Shown here: positions 53,939-64,000 of the stretch, piece by piece
Layout of the letters: the number at the start of each line of letters is the position of its first letter
How positions within the stretch are numbered: position 1 is the stretch's first letter
Assembly (NCBI RefSeq): GCF_009834535.1
Contig: NC_045697.1
Location: 40,860,001-40,924,000 of the forward strand
Length of the DNA: 64,000 nucleotides
Source: Camelus ferus
Lineage: Eukaryota
Reading direction: 5' to 3'
Notes under the pieces: generated by a model
What the model saw: only the letters and a program-made list of their open reading frames with translations
Told to the model about the DNA's origin: nothing
The model's database searches: none
Translations under genes and position numbers: made by a program

Positions 53939-56393
53939 TCACAGCGGCTCTATTTATAACAGCCAAGACACGGAAGCAATCTAAATGTTCATTCACAGAT
54001 GACTGGATAAAGACATTGTGGTATAACTTTTATTCAACAGTTTTGGAAGCCCTAGCGATAGCAATCAGAAAAGAAAAAGAAATAAAGGGACTCCAAGTCG
54101 GAAAAGAAGTAAAACTGTCATTGTTTGCAGATGGCATGATGCTATACATAGAAAACCTTAAAGAAACGACCAGAAACCACTAGAGCTCATCAATGAATTT
54201 GATAAAGTTGCAGAATACAAAATTAATATATAGAAATAAGTTGCATTTCTATACACTAACAATGAACTAGCAGAAAAAGAAACTAAAGAAACAATCCCAT
54301 TTACCATCACACCAAAAAGAATAAAATACCTAGGAATAAACCTACCCAAGGAGGCAAAGGACATGTACTCCAAGAACTACAAGACACTGATGAAAGAAAC
54401 TGAAGACAACACAAATCGAAGGAAAGATATACTGTATACTTGGATTGGAAGAATCAATATTCTTAAAATGGCCATACTACCCAAGGCAATATATAGACTC
54501 AATGCAATCCCTATCAAATTATTAATGACATTTTTCACAGAGCTGGGACAAAAAATATTAAAATTTGCATGGAAACACAAAATACCCTGAAGAGCCAAAA
54601 CAATCTTGAAAAAGGAGAACTGAGCTGGGAGAATCATGCTCCCTGACTTCAGACTATACTACAAAGCTACAGTACTCAAAACAGTATGGTACTGGCACAG
54701 AAACAGATCCATAGATCAATGGAACAGGATAGAAAGTCCAGAAATAAACCCACACACTTAAGGTCAATTACTCTACAACAAAGGAGGCAAGACTATACAA
54801 TGGAGGAAAGACAGTCTCTTCAACAATTGGGAAAATTGGACAGTTACCTGTAAAAGACTGAAATTAGAACATTCTCTAATACCATATCCAAAAATAAACT
54901 CAAAATGGATTAAAGACCTAAATGTAAGACCAGATACTATGAAACTCCTAGGGGAAAACAGAGGCAAACCAAACTTTGACATAAATCACAGCAATATTTT
55001 TTTTCAAACCAGTTCCCACAGTAATGGAAATAAAAGCAAAAATAAACAAATGGGATCTAATTAAACTTGAAAGCTTTTGCCCAGCTAAGGATACCATCAA
55101 CAAAATGAAAAGACAACCTACAGAATGAGAGAAAATATTTGCAAATGATGAGATTGAAAAGGGACTTGTTTCCAAAATATACAAACACCTCATACATCTT
55201 AATATCAAAAAAAAAAAAAAAAAGCAACCCAATCAAAAAAATGGGCAGACCTAAATAGACATCTCTCCAAAGACATCCAGGTGGCCAACAAGCACATGAA
55301 AAGATGCTCAACATCACTAACTGTTAGAGAAATGCAAATCAAAACTACAATGAGATATCACTTTACACCAGTCAGAATGGCCATCATTAAAAAAGTCCAC
55401 AAACGATAACTGCTGGAGACGGTGTAGAGAAAAAGGAACCCTCCTACGCTATTGGTGAGAATGTAAACTAGTGTAGCTACTATGGAGGACAGTATGGAGG
55501 TTCCTTAAAAAACCTAAAAATAGACTTACCACATGATCCAGCAATCCTGGAGGAAACTCTAACTCAAAAAGATACTAAATGTCCATCAACAGATGACTGG
55601 ATAAAGAAGATGTGGTATATTTACACAATGGAATACTACTCAGACATTAAAAAAGAATAAAATAATGCCATTTGCAGCAACAATGGATGGACCTGGAGAT
55701 TGTCATTCTAAGTGAAGTATGCCAGAAAGAGAAAGAAAAATACCATAGATAATTCACATGTGGAATCTAAAAAAAAAAAAAAAAAAAAAAAGATATATGC
55801 ACCCCAATGTTTATAGCAGCACTATTTACAGTAGCCAAGACATGGAAACAACCTAAACGTCCATCAACAGAGGACTGGATAAGGAAGTTGTGGTATATTT
55901 ACACAATAGAATACTACTCAGACATTAAAAAAGAATAAAATAATGCCATTTGCAGCAACATGGATGGACCTGGAGATTGTCATTCTAAGTGAAGTATGCC
56001 AGAAAGGGAAGGAAAAAAACCATAGATCATTCACACGTGAAACCTACAGACAGAAAAAAGAAGACACTAATGAACTCATCTACAAGAGTAACAGACTCGC
56101 AGACATAGTTAAACAACCTTACAGTTACCAGAGCAGAGGAGTGGGGGAAGACAGGGTGGGGAGGGATAAATTTGGGGGTTCGAGGTTTGCAAATATTAAC
56201 TACTATATATATAAATAGATAAAAAACAAATTTCTTCTATATAGCACAGAGAACTATATTCAATATCTTCTAATAATCTTTAATAAAAGGAATATGAAAA
56301 GGAATATATGTATGTATATATGTATGACTGGGACGTCATGCTGTACACCAGATCGACACATTGTAACTGACTTTACTTCAATTTTTTAAAAAA
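53939..56393 (+). mobile_element. Rearranged 5'-truncated L1 (about 2.45 kb), disrupted ORF2 from RT domain to C-terminus plus 3'UTR
   Basis: RT motif reads LFADGM at 54121-54138 (normally FADDM); ORF 54363..54590 ([27 protein letters not shown]) and 55943.. (MPFAATWMDLE) are L1 ORF2p-like; multiple stops and frameshifts. Confidence 0.96.
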
Positions 56394-56754
56394 GGGGGTG
56401 TGCAGTTGTACCAGCAAGAGGAAGAACATCTCCTTCATTGAGATCAAAGGAAAGACAGAAATGGTGGGTGTGGATATGGACTCTTTTTTTTTTGAGTCAT
56501 TGTAGATGGAAAGATTTCACATCTGGTGGCCACCTCCTTTGAACGGTACAAGCCAAGTTAAAGGCCTCAGATTAAGCCACGTGGCCGCCACCACCAAAAG
56601 TGAGTTGGAATCGTCTCATTTGAATCATCTGTGCCACCGAACATCTGCATGATTTATCAGGTGCCGACAGGAAGGCGGGGCCAGGCAGAAAAAAGAGCGC
56701 TCTTAAGGCTTTAAATGAAAGTGTTGCTCGAAGAATCATTACTCTACAGAAAAC

Positions 56755-56960
56755 ATGCTGTGTGGCAGAAAGAGTACTGGAAGTAGAAGCCAAGGGTCCT
56801 GGTTTCGTGTTCCCAGCTCTGCCACTTACGTGCTTAAGTCATTAAGGTTCTTAAGAGACTCAGTTCCATGGCATGTAAAATGGTGATTCGTGCCAACCAC
56901 CTTGTCTAACTCACCAGGCTGCTGTGACAATCAAGAGGAAACAAATAAGCAAGTGCTTTG
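56755..56960 (+). mobile_element. MIR SINE
   Basis: cctggtttc…cccagctctgccacttac…ctcagttcc…tgtaaaatgg; boundaries approximate. Confidence 0.6.
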
Positions 56961-57740
56961 GGAATTAAAGGGGAGGCAGGGTGGGGGAGACAGTAAAGTA
57001 TTTCCGAATGCATTAAGTTTTTAAGAGTGAAATCTTTACACCAGGACTTGCCAAGCTAAGAGAAGGCTGCTCTTCAGGAATAAGCTGGAAACCCCTGTGC
57101 CATCAGACAGGGGTAGACCGCTGAGGGCAATGGTCCTCACCTTGGCAAATCAGTTTTTAAAAGCTTGACAAAACTCTCACGCAAATGCTTTCTTTCCCTA
57201 GGCTTTTCATTTGTTTTAACACTCGAAAATCAATTTTTAGGGCTTTATTCACCTAGAACATCTTAACTGGGAATTCTGGGTCCCTTTGACCTGATCCCAC
57301 CTACATTTCTCAAGTATGCTCCAATAAACAAAAGTATGAGGAGTCTTCCTGCCTCCCCAACAACACTGACTACTCACTTTGATAACCCTACCTTTTCCCT
57401 TACAACCCAGTACAAAGTTTAACTATGAGCACTCCTACCACCGCTTACTGAACTCTTGTTATATACCAAGCACTGTCTAAAGCACTTCAAATGAACCACC
57501 CTCAATCCAGGAGCTCCACTGTACAGAAGGACAGACTGACAACACAGCAAGGTCCAGTTCCTTTGCCTCTACCCAATCTCCTTCAACCAAAGGCCCAGCT
57601 ACTCCTGCAGGATTTCTCACCGTTTCCTGCCTTCAGGTCTTTCCTCTCCCTAATCCTTTCTCTTGGAGTGCACTTTCGCTAATACCCAAAGTGCTTCAAA
57701 AGTCAACTCTAAAAAAAGGTACAGCTTCCTCTTTGCAAAG

Positions 57741-57997
57741 GCAGCATAACGTAGGTGTCATAGGTAAGGGTATGAACTCCAGCCAGACTACCTGGATCTG
57801 GACTTCAGATCCAGCACTTAAGGCCTGGGTCAACTTGGACAAACGAATCTCTGTACCCCTGTACATCTCTCAATAAAACAGCGACAGGAATGGTGCTCAT
57901 CATGTGGGATGGTTGCGAGGGTGAAATGAGTTGATATGCATAAGGCATTTAGAACAGTTCCTATCGTAAATGTACAAGAGAACGGTGTGGGCATTAT
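57741..57997 (+). mobile_element. MIR SINE
   Basis: ccagactacctgg…cagcactta…acttggacaa…gttgcgagggtgaaatgagttgatatgcataaggcatttagaacagttcct; boundaries approximate. Confidence 0.7.
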
Positions 57998-60183
57998 AAT
58001 TAATAGTTCCAGATTACCTTTCATACTGATTATACTTTGTATTTTTTCTGCTATGTAATAGATGTACAATGACATTGTCTCTCTCATTAGCTCCCCTTTC
58101 TATCTAGTGGGTGTTCAAACATTTGCTGACTAAAAGGGCAGAAACCTAGAATGTAAAAAGTGGATCCTTCTATGACTAAACTGTTCCTGACAGGAAAGAT
58201 TTCTGAACATTTTTAAGCATGCCCAGATTATTCGGTAATAGGAAAAAATTTTTTTCATAAATTAACATGTTCTCAAGGATGAAAAGAAAAAATGTTGGAA
58301 GTAAAATAAGAAACTCTAATTACAACATAAAATTATGTTAAAAAATTTTTTTCCTTAAAATGCAATGACAAATATTTGATTTGGGGTAGAGTATTTTAAA
58401 AATTGAGCTGTAAGGAAAAGGAGAATCCGTCATGCCTGATGTTGTTTAAGAATGAGTGCAGGAAATCTGAATAGCACAGAATGCTTTCCCTTCTTAATTC
58501 ATGCAGCTCAACTCCATGCTTCAGTCTTACCCAATATGAATTTTCAAAGTTCTGTTTTTTCGTAAACTGGAACAAAAGGGGACAGAGCTAGAAATAGGAC
58601 CTCTAATTACTTAAATACTAAGGCCTCTAGATTAAAACATTAAACCTCAAAACCTTTCAGCCAAAGGGATTAAGGAGATTAGAATGGGTTTGACAAATTA
58701 CCCCAAGGCTGGGGGCGGGGGAGAAAAAGTAGGCCAAGCTTAAACAGGGGATAAAATGAAGTTCCAGAGAAATCTAAGGGGGTGTGTGTGTGTGTGGACT
58801 CCGAGCATCTGTGCAGGGAAAAAAAAATGGTCAACCTAGTGATTTCAATAATTAAAAAAGGAACAATACCCATGTAAAAATAGTTGCTTAGAAAGTTCTT
58901 GGAAAATGTGAACATGCCACAAAGTTTAACCTTGGAAAATAATGACTTTTCAAAGAGATCTTGGCAACTGGAGAGGAGAAATCCAAGGCCAAAAAATAAA
59001 CTTGTTATGATAACATGAACCAGGATCCTCTGTTAAAAGGAATTCTGCTTAAATGTCTCATGAGTGTTGGTCACCTCCACCAAAACAGCCTAAATCAAAA
59101 CCACCAGCTCAGTCATCAACAGGGCTCCCCTTGGAATATTTGGTTTTCTGTCCCTGAATATTATCAGTTGGCTCAAAATAAAACACAATTAATCTAGAGA
59201 AGAGCTGAAATGACTGGGTGGCTATGTGAGAGCCTGGGAGAGCGCACAGCCTGGAAAGATTCTAAAGCACTGACTGTCTCCATCTTGGCAGCAGCGCAGC
59301 ATGAGGGACCCAGGGGGGATCCAATAACCCTCCACAAACATCTCAAGTGTGAAAACAACAAGGAGGAACAGGAATTTCTTATCCTGGTACCAAATGTACT
59401 TCTGGCATCTTGAGAAGGAATGGAAAGCAAAACGTACAAAGAAAACAACTCCAATGAATACCACCCAAAAAGATGTTCCAGGTTCAAGTGCAGGCTTTCT
59501 TCCTGGGCTTCTACTTAAGCAATTCAATCCTTTGCACTAACTCATTTCTAGCAATCTTGGAGCTTTTCAAAAAATTATTCTGCCTGTGTTATTTAAAATG
59601 TTTCCTTCAGAGTTCAAAGTGTTTCTTCAAACTCAGAAACTTATCAGGATCAGGAAATTAAAGGTGGCAGCTTCTACTCGGCTCTAGCTGGTGAAACTGA
59701 AAATCTGACTTTTTTCACCAGGATTTGCCAGTTTGTAAATACTGGCTTAGGGCTTAGGGGGGCGGGGGCAGAGAAAGGAAAACACTGTATACAGACAACA
59801 CAAAATAGTCTGCAGGCAGGTCTAGCCCTCAGGCTGTTCGCAGCTTCTGCTCTAAAACTTCTGTCAGTCATTTGCCACTACTTTCAAACTTCTAAATTTA
59901 AATATTTTGGGGTCTAAAATTCAGGCAGCCTGCAAGCAGATACAGGTTACTTACTACTCATTATTTCTCATAGACAGGAAGTATTCTAGCTCCAGACACA
60001 CTATCATCAAGGGGATTGTGCACACAGACAACCTTTTTTGCTTGGCTATCATTTTCCTAACAAATATTTCAGGCGGGTAGGTTTGCCCAAGTTGACTGAG
60101 CTCTAGCTCATGGAATCTAACTTAACTTTGCAATCAAAGAGCTACTGTAATTAAAAGAACATTTTTAGAAAATTGAGTAAAGC

Positions 60184-60549
60184 TGTTAGGTAGTTGAGAT
60201 AGAAATGAGCACTGGGCAGGGGGAGAGGAAGGGAAAAGGAACAACCCAGAACACAAGGAACCTGAGCTGTCAATTAACCAGAGCGCAGGGAACCTGAGCT
60301 GTCAATCAATCAATCAATCAATCAATCACAAACCCAGGATATAAAAACAGAAAAAAAGAAGGAACCGTGCCATTTTCCCTCTCTTGGACTGGCCTGCTCC
60401 CAATTCTCAGGAGTGTACTATCTTCCACTATTTTTTTTTTTACTTCACCAATAAAAATCTTGTTTTTTATCACACTTTATGTCTCTCGTCAAACTTTTTT
60501 TTTTTGACTAAGAACTGAGGTAATTCTTATTTTCCTTTTCCCGGTAACA
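60184..60549 (+). mobile_element. ERV1-type solo LTR (366 bp)
   Basis: Termini TGTTA…TAACA; 4-bp TSD AAGC (60180-60183, 60550-60553); TATAAAA at 60340; AATAAA at 60450; internal direct repeats. Confidence 0.85.
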
Positions 60550-61147
60550 AAGCTAGGTAAGGCTGTATCAGAATCTTACATTCCCCAGGAGCTTGAAAAT
60601 GTTGGGGGCACAAGAAAAGAAAGAAAGGGCTGTAAAGGAAGGGCGTAATCTTGGAGGCCCCACTCCCTGATTTCTTCCCTGAGGTTCCTCTCATGTCATG
60701 CTCAGGACAAGCAGACCCATCAATTCAGCTGATCCTTCTGCCTAGGGACCCACATGGAGACTCTGGAACCACTGGGGAGGGGACCCTTTTCTGACTCCTT
60801 GTGGCCTGTTATGAGCTCATCTGGAACAGTTTTCACTTCCAGGCTCTAGAAAAAACCTTGAGAATCAAAGAGACTCAAGCCCCGCTGTATACTTCTTGAG
60901 TCAACCTGCTACGGTGGAGCCTGGAAATTTTTATCTGTAACCGTTTGTCTTTTTAACAGGCTTCCCCCAGGTGAGTCAGCCTTGCCTCCAGGTTTCAGAG
61001 TGAACGCAAAAATTCCTTTTGATCTACAGTACTGGGCTTATAACCAAGAAAGCTTACAACCATCTCTGTGCATCACGTGGCATGAACCACTGGCACACAC
61101 TGCTCTTTCTGCTTCAAATGCTGGTGCTGTTTAACTCTTAACACACC

Positions 61148-61503
61148 TATCACAGTCTCAGTGTTCATGTGCCTCTCAAATTCATGCTGAGATACTAACT
61201 CCCCATGGTGATGATAAAAAGAGGTGAGGGCCTTTGGGAGATACTTAAGTCATGAGGGTAGAGCCCTGATGAATGGGATTAATGCCTTACAAGAGAAGTT
61301 CCAGAGAAGTTCCTAGCCCCTTCCACCATGTGAGGACACAGCAAGAAGGTGCCAGCTGGGAACCAGGAAGAGCGCCCTCACAAGAACATGGCCATGCTGG
61401 TGCCCTGATCTTGGACTTCCAGCCTCCAGAATGTGAGAAGTAAGATGTGTTTATAAGCCACCCAGTCTGTGGTATTTTGCACAGCAGCCCAAACGGACTG
61501 ACA
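61148..61503 (+). mobile_element. MaLR solo LTR (MLT1A-like)
   Basis: Hallmark motifs: aaattcatgctgag, gggcctttgggag…ggtagagccctgatgaatgggatta, ccatgtgaggacacagcaagaagg, cttggacttccagcctccagaa, tttataagccacccagtctgtggtattttg. Confidence 0.9.
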
Positions 61504-61812
61504 GTCTCTCACTTCTGTCACTTTGACCCACATTCAGGTCTCACTCAATACTTCTTCCCTAAGTGCCTACGTTCTAAACCACAATCCCTTTTATCAATCT
61601 TACAATAGTTTGTAGGTTCCTTTATAGAACCTGCCAAAGTTCTTACACACTGATCTAAGTGGTTACTGAATACTGTCAGTTTCTAACTAGATAGTTAAGG
61701 TCCAAAAGGACTGGAATCATCTGGGTTTTGACCGCCCTTGTGACCCCAGCCCCAGCAAGAGGCCTGGCAGATAGTAGACGCTCTAGGTATTTTAGTTAAA
61801 AGTTGCTGAACT

Positions 61813-62469
61813 ACTAGGAATAGACTTACCATATGACCCAGTAATCCCACTCCTGGGCACATCCAGAAGGAACCCTACTTCAAAAAGACACCTGCACCCC
61901 AATGTTCATAGCAGCACTATTTACAATAGCCAAGACATGGAAACAGCCTAAATGTCCATCAAGAGATGACTAGTTAAAGAGGTGGTATATTTATACAATG
62001 GAATACTATTCAGCCATAAAAACCGACAACATAACATCATTTGCAGCAACTTGGATGTCCCTGGAGAATGTCATTCTAAGTGAAGTAAGCAAGAAAGAGA
62101 AAGAAAAATACCACGAGATCACGCATATGTGGAATCAAAATAAAAAAAGAAGAAGAAGAAGAAAAACACAAAACAGAAACAGACTCATAGACAGAATGCA
62201 AACTTGTGGTTGCCAAGGGGGAGGGTGGTGGGAAGGGATAGACCGAGAATTCAAAATTTGTAGATACTGACAGGCATATGTAGAATAGATAAACAAGACT
62301 ATACTGTATAGCACAGGGAAATAAATACAAGATCGTGTGGTAGCTCACAGTGAAAAAAAATGTGACAATGAATATACCTATGTTCATATATAACTGAAAA
62401 ATTGTGCTCTACACTGGAATTTGACACAACATTGTAAAATGACTATAACTCAATAAAAAATGTTTAGAA
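61813..62469 (+). mobile_element. Young 5'-truncated L1 (ORF2 end and 3'UTR)
   Basis: ORF 61998.. MEYYSAIK…FAATWMSLENVILSEV; perfect 15-bp TSD aaaagttgctgaact at 61798-61812 and 62470-62484 at a TT/AAAA site. Confidence 0.95.
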
Positions 62470-63689
62470 AAAAGTTGCTGAACTGATGATGCATATAGGA
62501 GAGCTTTACTGTATTTTAAGTGATGATCAGCACTACATACGCCATCAACACATCAAAAGTGAACCTCCTGAAGGGGCAGATCATTTCATAACAGGGAAGT
62601 TCCTCTTTTCAGGGTTTAAAATAACAAAGCTGAACTATGAAAGTAGGAAAAGACTACACACATGAATGCAAAGTGAATCACCATCACAGTTTTCCACTGC
62701 GGATTACTTCTGTTAGGTTGGCAATTTACTGAAAACGGAAGACTCAGTTTAAGAGTTGCCATGAGTCAAAGTAGTCCAACAACGAATTCACAGCTGCAGG
62801 TGAAACTTCAGTCTTGGAAATTAGGTGGAAGGATCTGGTTAACAGAAAATGTTCCCAAATGATGTCATGAGAGGCCACAAGGAAAAGAGCAACTGCTCTG
62901 CAGAAATCAGAAGCTATCAGGACTCACAGCACGACTTCCTCTGGAGGGGAATGGAGTGCGAACATATAAGGAGGTAGAAGCAGTAGCAAATTTAAATTGA
63001 CGGTAAATTCTGCTAAGTTTCAGTGACTTACTCTGGTAAATTAAGATAACTGTACTATTTACATGTACACTTCAAACCCTAAGTGAAAAAAAAAAAGCCT
63101 ATATATAATTTCCCCTAATCTATAAGCAGATTCTCAAATTTCCAAGACGATTTTCAATTTCTGCTTCTGAAGACCCAGCAGGTCCTTATTTCTCCCCACC
63201 CACTGCCCTGGCCGCAGGTAAAACTGAGCCAGGGAGGGCCTTATCAGGCTCACCTGCCTAGTCCCCAAGCTTTAAATACCCACTATATGCAAACATAGCC
63301 CAAATTTATTATTCCCAGTGCAAAGATGTGATTTCTTTTGTTAGGATTTCTACTCATCGTGTGTGAAACTTACAGGACTTAAGCAGTGTTAAGTCATTCA
63401 GAATGGAGTCCCAGAGGCCAATGTGAACTTCTGTGTTAGTTGTTTTGAAAAGTCCACAGCAGGGCTGCAAGTGTTTTTGAGTAAAACCAATACACCTACT
63501 GACAGACTCCTTACAATGAGCCCACTGGGCCACACGACTTTAAGGATCTTCACTGGAGGACCTGACTTCACCTGCTGAGAGGTGTGGATCCACATTCCAT
63601 GTGGATGCTATCAGAGGCTCTGTCGGCAGAGAGGACAACTTCCAGCTCACACTTGTCCCATGACCGGACTGGAGACCACTGCTCGTGCC

Positions 63690-64000
63690 GAGCACCTCCT
63701 TCCTGGACTTCTCCCTGGAGTGGTTCGTTACCTCCTTTCCTATTTTCCTGACTTTGACTGACCTGTGTTGTGTGCTAATTGAATGCTGGCTCCATTTCAC
63801 GTATCTCCAATCTCCTGATTCTCACCCAGCCTTACCACTGGGCCCCACACAAACATCCAGTCCTAATATTTTCTCTGAGCTGGTCTGCTGCTGACGACTG
63901 CCAACTTGTCGTGTTTACCTGGAAATACAATGCCATCTCAAACTTAATATACAATCTATTCAGAGCTCTTGGATGTCCCTCCAAACCTGTTCTGCCCAGG
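63690..64000 (+). mobile_element. L2 LINE fragment
   Basis: ccagtcctaatattttctctgagct…ctgccaacttg…acctggaaatac…catctcaaacttaatatac…gagctcttg. Confidence 0.5.

Larger units (their letters stand above)
1..64000 (-). other. AFF1: AFF1 (AF4/FMR2 family member 1) gene body, internal portion; both gene ends lie outside the window
   Basis: Eight in-phase minus-strand exons translate to the recognisable central region of AFF1 (…[24 protein letters not shown]…DDLQLSDSEDSD…NKWQLDNWL…LMVKITLDLLSRIP…KLAKKRK). The upstream exon and the exon after KKRK were not found in the window. Confidence 0.97.

Noticed and set aside
54026..55560. L1 ORF2 as an active or domesticated reverse transcriptase
   Set aside because: 5'-truncated, with multiple stops and frameshifts and the catalytic FADD changed to FADG.
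60257..60328. Direct repeats as a CRISPR-like or novel array
   Set aside because: Only two units plus a microsatellite, inside an LTR in eukaryotic DNA.

Overview
Mammalian genomic DNA, probably camelid (inferred from the tRNA-derived SINE and the cetartiodactyl-type L1 3' ends). The whole window lies inside AFF1 (AF4, the super elongation complex scaffold), transcribed on the minus strand. Eight internal coding exons were read directly, all with GT-AG boundaries and consistent phases: 32381-32425, 27585-27671, 26602-26638, 23361-23412, 13993-14047, 13831-13868, 11619-11775 and 5255-6169 (1386 nt, 462 codons, no stops). They encode the ELL-binding segment, the pSER motifs (DLXLS, SDE, NKW), the ENL/AF9-binding peptide and part of the NLS. 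The rest is intronic, with L1 fragments, SINEs, MIR/L2, MER58-like elements, an MLT1 LTR and an ERV1-type solo LTR. The best lead is a candidate internal first exon at about 46.35-46.45 kb (ATG-TTC-ACG-GAG|gtaagt, phase 0). It would give an AFF1 isoform lacking the N-terminal P-TEFb-binding region, resembling the AF4 part of MLL-AF4. Other leads are a self-sequestering 5' splice-site palindrome, CpG-island-like exons with a perfect NRF1 site, an L1/mRNA chimeric retro-insertion and a self-duplicated L1. No new multi-gene system is supported. Repeat family names come from recognition, not a database search.
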